DNA of 63,928 bases, the filler included, from Acidimicrobiia bacterium (GTDB lineage: Bacteria; Actinomycetota; Acidimicrobiia; Spongiisociales; JAENVV01): assembly GCA_041577335.1 (NCBI GenBank). It is 3 parts of 3 records of this genome, joined end to end, with 100 filler letters (N's around TTAATTAATTAA, not from the genome) between each part and the next. Parts side by side here need not be neighbours in the genome. Positions count along the whole stretch, not along the records: positions 1 to 25,689 come from JBFGJH010000047.1; 2 more parts are not named here. One strand, 5' to 3'. Each line of letters begins with the position of its first letter. Position 1 is the stretch's first letter. Below the pieces are notes generated by a model. It did not search any database. It worked only from the letters and a program-made list of their open reading frames with translations, and was not told the origin of the DNA. Shown here in pieces: positions 1 to 9,689 of the stretch. Position numbers and translations under genes: made by a program.

Positions 1-222
1 CGAAACGGCCTCGATGATCCCTTCGATCATCGTGGGGTCACTCATTCGAGCGACTCCGCCTTGCACCCTGATTTCGGCCGGAACTCGCTCGAGTGCCATG
101 ACGGCGACCGCTCCGGCTTCCTCGGCGATCTTGGCCTGCCCGGCATCGACGACATCCATGATGACGCCACCTTTGAGCATTTCGGCCAGGCCACGCTTTA
201 CCCGGTCGGTGCCGCGTTCCAC
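1..222 (-). CDS. pdxS: Pyridoxal 5'-phosphate synthase lyase subunit, N-terminal part (truncated by window edge)
   Basis: Manual translation from GTG at 222: [61 protein letters not shown], the PdxS N-terminus; GGAG RBS upstream; absent from the ORF track. Confidence 0.95.
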   Translation of the reverse strand, partial: MERGTDRVKRGLAEMLKGGVIMDVVDAGQAKIAEEAGAVAVMALERVPAEIRVQGGVARMSDPTMIEGIIEAVS

Positions 223-252
223 TATTGGTACTCCTTCAACGTTGAGAGAAGT

Positions 253-1395
253 CTACTGCCATTCAACCGAACGGCCATTCGGCGTGAGTTCGATCCAGGT
301 GGTGCCGGGCGCCAGCGAAATCTCGTCACCGTCCAGCTCGAAGAACCGGAAGAACTGGTCTTCGGAGCCTCTCTCCCATGTGCCGGAGACTCCTACCCCA
401 TCCCGAAAGACCACTGTGTCACCGCTCCCGGTGACGTTGTAGTCGGGAACAGGCGATCCTGAGGAGTCGGTGCGTCCGGTCGAGAGCACCGGGACATAGA
501 TGATGACAACGTTGTTGGCGACGACCTGCTGAGTCGCTGGTGTTCCGGCTTGCTCCGTTTCGTGAGCGACGTCCCGATGAAAACGCAGATATCCCCCGTC
601 GGCGGCGGAGTAACGATATTCGACTTGGTTGAGAGAGGACTGCGAAACGTTGATGGTGAGGGCTTGGCCGCCCGCCGGGGGGTCCCCGAAGACGAGCCAC
701 TCGTCGAGCTCTGCCCGTCTCGAACCGGCGGTGTCGGTTGCTTCCGTAGTCTCGGGGTCTTCCTTGTCTGCATACGCGCTGTCGGAATCCGAATCGGAAC
801 CGGTTGCGGAGATCGCCAACTGCGGCACATCGGCCGTTCTCAGGATCACGTCGTAGAGAGATGGCCGTCCGGGGTCTCGGTAGTAGGCCTCCGATCCCAG
901 CACATGGAATCCGATATCGGTCGCTACGGCGCGCACGGCTGAGAGAACAAAGTTCTGCCCGCCTGAGCTGGCAAAGAGCGAGCTGAATGGGGCGAGCAGT
1001 TTGGGATCAACCTCGCGGGTCGAGCGAATCGGGCCAATCTCATCAGGGATCGATGACTGGAAAAAGGCCAAGAGTCGAGGGATACCGCCCTCGACGGGGA
1101 CTTCGATCACCATATCCGCCTCGCCAAGCCCCAATTGCGGACGGCTGTTGGACGTGTTGTCGATCTTGGCAACCAGCACCGGCGCGTCGGCTGGATCACT
1201 CTCCGCCGGCAAACCGGTCAGCGGCCAGACATGCTGGTGCTCCGGCACTGTTGTCGTCGACGACGTCGTGGTCGTCGTTGCCGGCGGCGGTGGAATCGTT
1301 GTGGGAATCGTCGTCGTCTCGCCAGCCTCGTCGCCCCCGCAGGCGCCGACGAACAGGAGTGTGACGAGGAAGGTGGTGAGCAATCGAGTCTTCAT
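253..1395 (-). CDS. DUF3048-family (YerB-like) lipoprotein
   Basis: Lipobox LFVGAC, Thr/Pro linker, motifs WPLTG, VAKIDN..SRPQ.GL..AD, GPIRS.R; start reset to ATG 1395 (ATGA overlap with pimA stop). Confidence 0.8.
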   Translation of the reverse strand: MKTRLLTTFLVTLLFVGACGGDEAGETTTIPTTIPPPPATTTTTSSTTTVPEHQHVWPLTGLPAESDPADAPVLVAKIDNTSNSRPQLGLGEADMVIEVPVEGGIPRLLAFFQSSIPDEIGPIRSTREVDPKLLAPFSSLFASSGGQNFVLSAVRAVATDIGFHVLGSEAYYRDPGRPSLYDVILRTADVPQLAISATGSDSDSDSAYADKEDPETTEATDTAGSRRAELDEWLVFGDPPAGGQALTINVSQSSLNQVEYRYSAADGGYLRFHRDVAHETEQAGTPATQQVVANNVVIIYVPVLSTGRTDSSGSPVPDYNVTGSGDTVVFRDGVGVSGTWERGSEDQFFRFFELDGDEISLAPGTTWIELTPNGRSVEWQ

Positions 1396-2435
1396 GAGTG
1401 CACGGCATTGTGGTACATCTCCAGATATACATCGCCGACTGCGTGCCAGTCGTATTTCTGCGCCGTGCTCGAGGCGTTTTGCGCCAGCGCGAGCCGCCTC
1501 GGCTCGTCGTTGAGAAGTTGAGAAACAGCTTCGGCGAGAGCGACGGGATCGCCCGCCGGAACGTACGTCAGGGCCTCTCCCCCAACATGGCGAAAAGCCG
1601 GCAGGTCGGATGCAACGATTGCGCAACCCTGCGCCATCGCTTCGGCGACCGTGATGCCGAAGCTCTCACCACGGCGGTTGGGAGCAACGAACACCGCCGA
1701 GCCCGCCAGCATCTCATCACGCTGATCGTCGGTGAGATTCGAGTGGAACGTGATGCCTGGGCCGGCCGCTCCCTCACTGTGCGAGATCACATGCAGATGG
1801 GCGCCGGGAACGGCCCGCACGACTTCGGGCCATGCTGCCAGAAGTACATCGAGCCCCTTGCGCGGCTCGATGCGGCCAACAAATGACACGGTCGGCCCCC
1901 GCCCGGAGAGGTCGGGAACATCTGCCGGCAGCCGGATGGCGTTGGGAACCACGACTGGCTCGACGCCGAGTCGACGCACCGGTGCCGCGGCGACCGGCGA
2001 TACGGCGGTCACAGCTCGGGCACGTTGCGCGATCCTTCCCAACGCGAAGCGACCCAACGTGTACCCGGTGGCAGCCCACCGCGGTGGATCGGCATGAAAT
2101 GTCAGCACCTGGGCAGACTTCGACCGGAGGGCCGCCCACGAAACAATCGGCATGAACGGCTCGTGAATGTGTACGACGTCGGCATCGGTGATCGCCTCGA
2201 GGACACGACCAGACACGCGGGGATCCAACGCCAGCCGGGCTACCGAATCATTCGCTCGAACCGAAGTAGTCGTCCCGACCGATCGCACTGGCAGCAGGTT
2301 GTCCCCAAGAGCGCCAGGGGCGACCACCCACGCTTGTGCTCCCGATCCACGAAGGTACCTGGTGAGCCCGAGCACCTGAGCCTGAACGCCGCCGGCCGCG
2401 CCGATGTCATAGGGACACACCACCGCAACGTTCAT
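1392..2435 (-). CDS. pimA: GT4 glycosyltransferase, phosphatidyl-myo-inositol mannosyltransferase
   Basis: VCPY...GGVQ, HIHEP, GRIEPRKG, GESFGI...EAMA motifs; position in pgsA-patA-pimA cluster. Confidence 0.85.
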   Translation of the reverse strand: MNVAVVCPYDIGAAGGVQAQVLGLTRYLRGSGAQAWVVAPGALGDNLLPVRSVGTTTSVRANDSVARLALDPRVSGRVLEAITDADVVHIHEPFMPIVSWAALRSKSAQVLTFHADPPRWAATGYTLGRFALGRIAQRARAVTAVSPVAAAPVRRLGVEPVVVPNAIRLPADVPDLSGRGPTVSFVGRIEPRKGLDVLLAAWPEVVRAVPGAHLHVISHSEGAAGPGITFHSNLTDDQRDEMLAGSAVFVAPNRRGESFGITVAEAMAQGCAIVASDLPAFRHVGGEALTYVPAGDPVALAEAVSQLLNDEPRRLALAQNASSTAQKYDWHAVGDVYLEMYHNAVHS

Positions 2436-3313
2436 CGAGGCGGCACCCGGTCAGATGGCCAGTTGGGAGATACCATGTGCCACTGTGTCGGAGCCTCCCG
2501 GATGAGTTCCTCCAGGGCATAGGCCAGTGCCTGCACGCCGTCGCCGATTTTTCGCGTTGGCAGCTCCAGCGGGGGTTTGACCACGACACGGTGACCACGT
2601 TTCCGGTTGGCGTAGGCAGCGGCGGGGAGCAGTGGAGCGCCCGTCCGCAGGGACAACGCCACCGCGCCTGTTGGCAGCCGAGTTCGCTCTCCAAAGAACT
2701 CCACCTCTGCCCCTCTACCCGAGATGTCGCGGTCGCTGAGGAGGGCAATCGCGCCATTCGCTGCCAGGGCCTCTGCCAGCTTGCTGACCACGGCTGAGCT
2801 CCCATCGGCCAGCACGATATCGATGCCCATCTGCGCCCTGACATCGACAAACCATTCCTCGAGCTCTTCATCGCCCAGGTTCTCGGCGACCGCCAGCAGC
2901 GGGGTACCTTCGAGGGCGGCCAGCCGAGCGCCGATCTCCCAATTCCCGAGATGAGGCACGGCGGTGATCACGCCCTTACCGGCTTCCACTGCCCGGCGGT
3001 AATGCTCGATACCTTCGATCTCCATGTGCCGTTCGATGGCTGGGATCCTCTCGCGCCGGATCCAAAATGTCTCGGCCCAATAGCGTCCGTACTCAGCGAA
3101 GAGCACCTTCGCCATCGCTCGACTTGCGTCGCTGGGGGCGTCCGGCGATTCCCCTTGCACTCGAGCCATGGCCCGGATCGCCAAACGCTTTCTCTCGTCA
3201 GCCCACAGCCAGGCCAGGCGTCCCGCCAAGAGCCCACCGTGGCGGGCGATCGGCTCAGGTGTGACCTTCATGATTGCTGCGCCCAGTTTGTATGCCTTGG
3301 CCGTCCGGCTCAC
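2432..3313 (-). CDS. patA: Phosphatidylinositol mannoside acyltransferase (PatA-like)
   Basis: YGRYWAETF, PHLGNWE, LLSDRD, VEFFGE motifs; GTG start at 3313 overlaps pgsA stop. Confidence 0.85.
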   Translation of the reverse strand: MSRTAKAYKLGAAIMKVTPEPIARHGGLLAGRLAWLWADERKRLAIRAMARVQGESPDAPSDASRAMAKVLFAEYGRYWAETFWIRRERIPAIERHMEIEGIEHYRRAVEAGKGVITAVPHLGNWEIGARLAALEGTPLLAVAENLGDEELEEWFVDVRAQMGIDIVLADGSSAVVSKLAEALAANGAIALLSDRDISGRGAEVEFFGERTRLPTGAVALSLRTGAPLLPAAAYANRKRGHRVVVKPPLELPTRKIGDGVQALAYALEELIREAPTQWHMVSPNWPSDRVPPR

Positions 3314-3894
3314 TCGACGGTCGCCTCGAGATTGCGCCACGCTCTTGCGAAGCGTTGCAGGACGGTCAGCCACGTGAGGACGGCCATGATCCACAGCACC
3401 CATTCGAGAACCGACACGAACAACAGGCCCACCGTGAGGAGGATCACCCGCTCGGCACGACCCATCAGACCGCCCCGGCCGTCGGCACCCATGGTTTCGG
3501 CTTTGGCACGAACGTACGACACCATGAGCGCTGCTCCGAGGCTCACCACGCACAGGATCGTAAGTCGGGGCGTATCTGCCACGGCAAAGGCCAAACCTGC
3601 CCACATCGCCGTCTCTCCGAGCCGGTCTGCCACCGAGTCGAGGAGCGCCCCCGAGGCGGATGCCGAGCCCCTGGCCCTGGCTACGGACCCGTCGAGACCG
3701 TCGAGCGCCGAGCCGCCCAGGGCAACCAGGGCGCCGGTGACCCAAGCCTGGTTCGCAACCAGAAATGCCCCGGTGAACGTGATTCCCAACCCGATCAGAG
3801 TGAGCCACGTCGGCGTTGCACCCATTCGCGCCAGAAAAGCCCCGATAGGGTCAATGATCCGCTCGACGTGGCCGCGAACTCTCAATTCGATCAA
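3310..3894 (-). CDS. pgsA: CDP-alcohol phosphatidyltransferase (phosphatidylinositol phosphate synthase)
   Basis: DGLDGSVAR...GALLDSVADR signature; SYVRAKAE; cluster context. Confidence 0.9.
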   Translation of the reverse strand: MIELRVRGHVERIIDPIGAFLARMGATPTWLTLIGLGITFTGAFLVANQAWVTGALVALGGSALDGLDGSVARARGSASASGALLDSVADRLGETAMWAGLAFAVADTPRLTILCVVSLGAALMVSYVRAKAETMGADGRGGLMGRAERVILLTVGLLFVSVLEWVLWIMAVLTWLTVLQRFARAWRNLEATVE

Positions 3895-4022
3895 GTTGGC
3901 TCCTTGGGGGCCGTGTCAACGTAGCACAGGCCATCTCGGTCCTGCCATGCGACGACTCAACCGGATGCAGGGCGTCCGACGGTGACTATCCTGACCTTTC
4001 ATACTTCGGCCTGGAGAAAGCC

Positions 4023-5294
4023 ATGAACGACGTGACATTGGGGTTCGGCGACGGCGAGTTGAAGTTGCCAACTGTGGCGGGCTCAGAGGGCGAAGTCGCC
4101 ATCGATATCTCGACACTGCGCAAGGAGACCGGCTACACCACGTTCGACCGAGGATTCGGGAACACAGCAGAGACCAAGAGCTCCATCACCTTCATCAACG
4201 GCGAGGAGGGCATTCTGCGGTATCGCGGTTACCCGATCGAACAACTCGCCGAACGATCCACTTTTCTCGAGGTTGCCTGGCTGCTCTCGCATGGCGAACT
4301 GCCGTCGCCCGAGGAACTCACGTCGTACACCCACGAGATCACCACCCACTCGTTGATCCGCGAGGATATGAAACACCTCTTCGAGGCTTTCCCGCATGGT
4401 GCTCACCCGATGCAGATCCTTGCGTCGCAGATCTCCGCTGCGGCGAGCTACTACCCCGATGCGTTGGATCCCCTCGACACCGAAGCCGTCAAGATCTCCT
4501 CCACCCGGCTCATCTCGAAGGTCATCACGATGGTGGCGTGGGCGTACAAATACCGGGTCGGTCAGCCGTATGTGTACCCGAGCAACGATCTCGACTATCC
4601 GAGCCGGTTCTTGCACATGATGTTTTCGGTCCCCACCGAGGAATACGTCCCCGATCCAGTGATTTCGGAAGCGCTTCGCAAACTCTTCATTCTGCACGCC
4701 GATCACGAGCAGAATTGCTCGGCATCAACCGTGCGCATGATCGGCTCAGGGCATGCCAGCCTCTTTGCATCGGTCGCCGGCGGCGTGCTGGCTTTGTCTG
4801 GGCCCCTTCACGGCGGAGCCAACCAAGCCGTCGTCGAGATGCTCGACCGGATGGTCTCTGAAGGCGGCAACGTCGATAAGTGGGTAAGTCGCGCCAAAGA
4901 CAAGACGGACACCTTCCGACTCATGGGATTCGGACATCGTGTGTACCGGAACTTCGATCCCCGAGCTCAGATCATCAAGAGCGTCGCCCAGGATGTTCTG
5001 GGCAAGCTGGGCGTCCACGATCCAACTCTGGAAATGGCGATGCAGCTCGAAGAGATCGCTCTGTCCGACGAATACTTCGTCGAGCGGAACCTCTATCCGA
5101 ACGTCGACTTCTACTCGGGCATCATCTATCGGGCAATGGGTTTCCCCGCCGATTTGTTCACCGTCCTCTTCGCCATCGGGCGCATGCCTGGTTGGATTGC
5201 TCAGTGGCAGGAAATGCACGCCGATCCCACAACACGGATCAATCGACCCCGACAGGTGTATACCGGCCCCACCACCAGGGACTATCCGGGCTGA
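4023..5294 (+). CDS. gltA: Citrate synthase
   Basis: LRYRGYPIEQLAE, LHADHEQNCS, GPLHGGAN, LMGFGHRVY, YPNVDFYSG. Confidence 0.97.
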   Translation: MNDVTLGFGDGELKLPTVAGSEGEVAIDISTLRKETGYTTFDRGFGNTAETKSSITFINGEEGILRYRGYPIEQLAERSTFLEVAWLLSHGELPSPEELTSYTHEITTHSLIREDMKHLFEAFPHGAHPMQILASQISAAASYYPDALDPLDTEAVKISSTRLISKVITMVAWAYKYRVGQPYVYPSNDLDYPSRFLHMMFSVPTEEYVPDPVISEALRKLFILHADHEQNCSASTVRMIGSGHASLFASVAGGVLALSGPLHGGANQAVVEMLDRMVSEGGNVDKWVSRAKDKTDTFRLMGFGHRVYRNFDPRAQIIKSVAQDVLGKLGVHDPTLEMAMQLEEIALSDEYFVERNLYPNVDFYSGIIYRAMGFPADLFTVLFAIGRMPGWIAQWQEMHADPTTRINRPRQVYTGPTTRDYPG

Positions 5295-5300
5295 GCCCGG

Positions 5301-5909
5301 TCACACTGCGGTGGCGTCGTAGTTGCGCACCACGAGGCGATGCGGTTCCAGGATCACTGAACCGTTGGCGCAGGTAATCGTGCCGACGGACTTCTCGATG
5401 TCGGAAAACAGCGCGGCAGCCGTTGCCCAGTCGTCGGCATGTTTGGTGGCGTCGATCCACGACTCCAGCGTGGCCTGGTTCTCGAAAAGCACGAGGTTGA
5501 CCCAGGCCAGGTTGGGATCCTGGAGTGAGAAATAGCCGATGATCGGCGACGCGGCCGGCGACCTCCCGATGAGGGCACGGTCGATGGCCTCGATGGCCTC
5601 GTCCATGCCGTGCCTCTGCATCCCGACGAAACTGACGTAGCTGAGGCTGGGTCCTCGCCCGGCGGTGAAGTCGGCGATCGCGGCGACGTCCCCTGCGAAG
5701 ATTCGAATCCCCCAGTATTCGGCCTTGGGAACCAGTGCGTAATGCCGGACCTCCCCCTGGCGCAGCTGTCCCAGTCGGAACGCCACGGCCTCCATCATCA
5801 GGTCGAATGGGTGCTCGAGCTTCTGTCGGATCTGCTGCTGGACCTCGGAGGGCAAGGCGGGGCCGATCATCGGCTCGCTCCCCGATCGCTCGGCTGCTCT
5901 TGCGGACAT
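5301..5909 (-). CDS. Hypothetical protein (possible dimeric alpha+beta barrel C-terminal part)
   Basis: 202-aa ORF with normal composition filling the gap between gltA and the thrS-linked gene; start uncertain (5909 or 5870). Confidence 0.55.
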   Translation of the reverse strand: MSARAAERSGSEPMIGPALPSEVQQQIRQKLEHPFDLMMEAVAFRLGQLRQGEVRHYALVPKAEYWGIRIFAGDVAAIADFTAGRGPSLSYVSFVGMQRHGMDEAIEAIDRALIGRSPAASPIIGYFSLQDPNLAWVNLVLFENQATLESWIDATKHADDWATAAALFSDIEKSVGTITCANGSVILEPHRLVVRNYDATAV

Positions 5910-6037
5910 CTACGAGATTCCGCGGCTTGGGCCCGGCCATGCATGCTCTTCCTCCCCGTGGTTCGAGCACTGTCCTTCGTCGACGCGTGTGACGCTGCGT
6001 CGACGACATACTACCCAGGGTGATGGGCAGTCGTCAC

Positions 6038-6517
6038 CTACCCGACAGAAGGATCGAGCGTGTCGAGGTACGGGGATCTCCGCTCAGATCCGGTGATGGC
6101 ATCGATGAACACCAGCGCCCGCTGGGTGGGCGGGTCGTCGGCGTCGTACACGAGCACGTTCCAGACCGGATACGCACGGACACCCTCGAATCGCAACGCC
6201 GCCGAGGCATGGCCGATGGCGAAGGGAACTTGGCGTCCGGCTATTGCCAAAGCATCCTCCTCATTGACCTTGGTCGGAAATGCGGATGCGACGTGATACG
6301 CCGCCAATGCTGCGAATGCGGCGCCGACCCACACCATGCCTGTTGGGAGAACGGTGAGGCCCGAAATCACTGCCACCGCCCCGGCTACCAAGTACACCAA
6401 GCCCGCAGTCCGGCGACGTCGAGAAGACGGGAAGCGGAACATCCCGACCACGTTCGAATCGAGATCCTCGGGCACACCTTCGGCGTCGGCGATCTCTCGA
6501 GGGATTTCGAAGCCCAT
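6038..6517 (-). CDS. Hypothetical membrane protein
   Basis: Two hydrophobic segments; starts 3 nt after thrS stop. Confidence 0.7.
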   Translation of the reverse strand: MGFEIPREIADAEGVPEDLDSNVVGMFRFPSSRRRRTAGLVYLVAGAVAVISGLTVLPTGMVWVGAAFAALAAYHVASAFPTKVNEEDALAIAGRQVPFAIGHASAALRFEGVRAYPVWNVLVYDADDPPTQRALVFIDAITGSERRSPYLDTLDPSVG

Positions 6518-6520
6518 CGG

Positions 6521-8458
6521 CTACCCTGCGCGCGGCAGTTTGGCCGCCTCGACAATTTGCGCCACAGCATCGTCCACAGCCACGCCTCGTTCTTCGTCGT
6601 CGGCTCCCCACCAGCGAAGACCGACCGTCCGGCCGTCCACATCCGAGTCGCCTACGACGAGCACCGCAGGGTGTTTGGCGGTGAGAGCTCTGCGGATCTT
6701 CTCGCCGACGGTGGCGTCGGAGACGTCGACCTCGACCCGGATCCTCCCGGCCGCCAGCGCCGCCCCGACCTCTTCGGCGTAGTGACGGTGCCGGTCGGCC
6801 ACTGCGACGACGGTGGCCTGAACGGGAGCCAGCCACATAGGAAAAGCTCCCGCGTAGTGCTCGAGGAGGACGCCGAAGAACCGTTCGATCGACCCCGCCT
6901 TGGCACTGTGGATCATGACGGGGCGTTGCCGCGTGTTCTCGGCATCGACGTATTCGATCTCGAACTTGGCGGGCAGCGAGAAATCCACCTGAATCGTCGA
7001 CATCTGCCACCGGCGTCCGATGGCGTCGCGGATGTGAACGTCGATTTTCGGGCCATAGAAGGCACCCTCTCCCTCTGCGATCTGATACGGGATGCCGGCC
7101 TCCAGGAGCACTGCCTCGAGTTGACCCTCCGCTACATCCCAGAGCTCCTTTTCACCAACCCATTTCTCGGGCTGGGTGGAGAGGTCGGCTTCGAAGTCCT
7201 CGAATCCGAAATCCTTGAGCCAGGTCAAGACGAAGTCGAGATGCATCGCCAGCTCATCGGCGAGCTGGTCGCGCCTGCAAAAAGTGTGACTATCGTCTTG
7301 CGTGAAGCCGCGGGCGCGCATGAGGCCGTGAATCACCCCAGATCGCTCGTTGCGATAGACGGCGGCGAGCTCAGCAAGCCGGACAGGTAGCTCGCGATAC
7401 GACCGACTCCTGCTCCGGTAGATCAGCACGTGGAACGGACAGCTCATCGGCTTGACTCGGTATTCCTGGCCGTGGTCCATTTCCATGCCGGGATACATGC
7501 TTTCGGCGTAGTAGTCGAGATGTCCCGAGGTCTCCCATAGCTCCGATTTGGCGAGATGAGGCGAGAACACGAACTCGAAACCGAAGTCTTCATGAAGGCG
7601 CCGGCTGTGGTCCTCCATGATCTTCCGGACGGCTCCGCCCTTTGGGTGCCACACGATGAGGCCCGACCCGAGCTCCTTGGGAAAGGAGAACAGGTCGAGC
7701 TCCGGGCCGACCTTGCGGTGATCGCGCCGTTCTGCCTCCTCGAGCCGATGGAGGTAGGCATCGAGCTCCTTCTTCGATTCCCAGGCGGTGCCGTAGATGC
7801 GTTGCAACTGCGCCTTGGTCTCGTCGCCTCGCCAATACGCTCCAGCAGAGCGGAGCAGCTTCACGGCCTTGAGGCGCCCGGTCGACGGAACATGGGGCCC
7901 GCGACACAGGTCGATGAACTCGAGGTTCCGATACGCCGTGACTGCATCGGCGCCGGCCCCTTCAGCGGGATCGACCCCTTCGATGATCTCGACCTTGAAG
8001 GGATGCTCGGCAAAGACCTCAACTGCCTCGGCGGCCGACATCTCGACCCGTTCGAACGGCTGATCCGCTTGGATGATTTCGGCCATGCGCACTTCGATCG
8101 CTTCGACGTCCTCAGGGGTGAATGGCCGCCCGACATCAAAGTCGTAGTAGAAGCCGTCGGCAATCGGCGGACCGATCGCGAAAGTGGCTCCTTCGTGGAT
8201 TGACAAAACGGCTTGGGCGAGGACGTGGGCCGCCGAGTGGCGGAGTATGTGACGCCCGGGCTCGGAGCCCTCAGTGATCACCTCGAAGACGCCACCGCGC
8301 TCGAGCGGCAGATGGAGGTCTCGCTCGCGGCCATCGATCGCCACAGCAACGGCCGCCTTCGCCAATCTCTCCCCGATGGAGAAGGCGACGTCATAGCCTG
8401 TCGTTCCCTCGTCAAACGAGTGCACGGACCCGTCGGGATATGTGAGTTCTATCGACAA
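6521..8458 (-). CDS. thrS: Threonine--tRNA ligase
   Basis: TGS N-terminus, RHSAAHVLAQAV, DLCRGPHV, RDHRK, KPMSCP, RGFTQDDSH, GEGAFYGPKID. Confidence 0.98.
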   Translation of the reverse strand: MSIELTYPDGSVHSFDEGTTGYDVAFSIGERLAKAAVAVAIDGRERDLHLPLERGGVFEVITEGSEPGRHILRHSAAHVLAQAVLSIHEGATFAIGPPIADGFYYDFDVGRPFTPEDVEAIEVRMAEIIQADQPFERVEMSAAEAVEVFAEHPFKVEIIEGVDPAEGAGADAVTAYRNLEFIDLCRGPHVPSTGRLKAVKLLRSAGAYWRGDETKAQLQRIYGTAWESKKELDAYLHRLEEAERRDHRKVGPELDLFSFPKELGSGLIVWHPKGGAVRKIMEDHSRRLHEDFGFEFVFSPHLAKSELWETSGHLDYYAESMYPGMEMDHGQEYRVKPMSCPFHVLIYRSRSRSYRELPVRLAELAAVYRNERSGVIHGLMRARGFTQDDSHTFCRRDQLADELAMHLDFVLTWLKDFGFEDFEADLSTQPEKWVGEKELWDVAEGQLEAVLLEAGIPYQIAEGEGAFYGPKIDVHIRDAIGRRWQMSTIQVDFSLPAKFEIEYVDAENTRQRPVMIHSAKAGSIERFFGVLLEHYAGAFPMWLAPVQATVVAVADRHRHYAEEVGAALAAGRIRVEVDVSDATVGEKIRRALTAKHPAVLVVGDSDVDGRTVGLRWWGADDEERGVAVDDAVAQIVEAAKLPRAG

Positions 8459-8574
8459 CAGAACAACCTCTGGTAGTTTTGGGTCACAGGCTAACGGTGA
8501 GAAGCAGCGCTCCCGCCGTTATTACCGCCCACTGCGGTTGAGGGAGGCCGGAACCGAGCTCTTCGAGGGAAGCC

Positions 8575-9402
8575 ATGGAAGCGGCAGAACTAGTCCGGCA
8601 GCTCGCAAGAGGCGGACGCATAATGGAACTCAATGGCGTGGGCCAACGTGTCTTTCGCGTCTGGCATGAGCATGACACCACGCTCGTCAAGGTCTATGCG
8701 AGCGCGGGCAGCGCCCGCCGAGAACAACGGGCGTTCGAGGTGTTGCGGGGCGTCATGAACATGCCGACCATCGCCGAGTCCGGCTCGGTCGATGACGTGC
8801 ATTGGGTGCGCTTCGTCGACCCAGGACACTGGACCGCAGCGACGCTGCCCCACAACTACGCCGCCGCCGAACAGGCCGGTGCCATCGTCCGGTCACTCCA
8901 GAAGCTCGATCCAAGTCGTCTCTCCAATCTCAGCACGGGGATTGTCGCCGCCCAAGTGGCCAGCGATTTCGTCTCGGTGTTCGAACGAATCGAACGCTAT
9001 CGAGGCCGGCTCGACCTACCCCGCAGGGCCATCGACGCGGCGCTGGCGACACGGCCACCCCCTGCTTCGGACCCCGTACCTGCGCACACGACACCCCGTC
9101 CCCAGAAATTCTTCATCGCCGATGACGGAACGGTGACGCTCTTCGATTGGGTCTGGGCGACACCCGCTCCTCCCGAGTGGGACGCCTCGCTCGCCTGGTG
9201 GACGTTCCTCCGATCCGGAGGTGAGCCAGCAGCTGCTGCATTCGAGCGAGGCTTTGCCGCCCCCATCACCCACGAGTCCACCCGTCCGTGGATCATCTAC
9301 CACTTGGGGAGCCACCTGCTTCGGACAGCTGAGAATCAGAGCGGGCGGCTCGAGTCGGTGGCGGCCGACGTCCAGGAGCTGTGCGATCTCGTCGGCGTGT
9401 AG
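8575..9402 (+). CDS. Aminoglycoside phosphotransferase/kinase-fold protein with degenerate catalytic loop
   Basis: VKVY lysine motif, RE helix, TLFDW and PPEWD motifs; Brenner motif reads HTTPRPQK. Confidence 0.7.
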   Translation: MEAAELVRQLARGGRIMELNGVGQRVFRVWHEHDTTLVKVYASAGSARREQRAFEVLRGVMNMPTIAESGSVDDVHWVRFVDPGHWTAATLPHNYAAAEQAGAIVRSLQKLDPSRLSNLSTGIVAAQVASDFVSVFERIERYRGRLDLPRRAIDAALATRPPPASDPVPAHTTPRPQKFFIADDGTVTLFDWVWATPAPPEWDASLAWWTFLRSGGEPAAAAFERGFAAPITHESTRPWIIYHLGSHLLRTAENQSGRLESVAADVQELCDLVGV

Positions 9403-9556
9403 CGGGCGATTCTCGCCAGTACGCGAAATCCACCAATCTGGCGTATCCCCCGTTTAACCTGGCCTGGCATACGGCAAGGAGGAGAAGTTGTTCGCCAGGT
9501 TCCGCTCGAGGACGCGTCCGCCCGTCCGCGGTGAGGTCCCCCGTCGGCTTGCCATC

Positions 9557-9688
9557 GTGGATCCGTTTGAATTCGACGACTCGGCCGACGACCTTCCCTG
9601 CCCCTGGTGCCGAGCGCACACCTCCGAAACCGACGCAGAGTGCCCGACCTGCGGCCGGGCGTTCGGCGGGATGGAACTGCAACTCTGA
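9557..9688 (+). CDS. Small zinc-ribbon protein (two CxxC motifs)
   Basis: GTG 9557: VDPFEFDDSADDLPCPWCRAHTSETDAECPTCGRAFGGMELQL; stop abuts the convergent mshD stop. Confidence 0.65.
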   Translation: MDPFEFDDSADDLPCPWCRAHTSETDAECPTCGRAFGGMELQL

Positions 9689-9689
9689 C

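Noticed and set aside
5869..5946. 25-codon minus-strand ORF with GGAGG RBS overlapping the ATG at 5870
   Set aside because: No leader-peptide features; cannot be distinguished from chance or a frameshifted N-terminus
6020..7390. Long antisense ORFs (e.g. 6020-7390, 14196-15908, 56265-57722, 57798-59234, 59309-60619)
   Set aside because: Shadows of well-supported genes on the opposite strand in high-GC DNA
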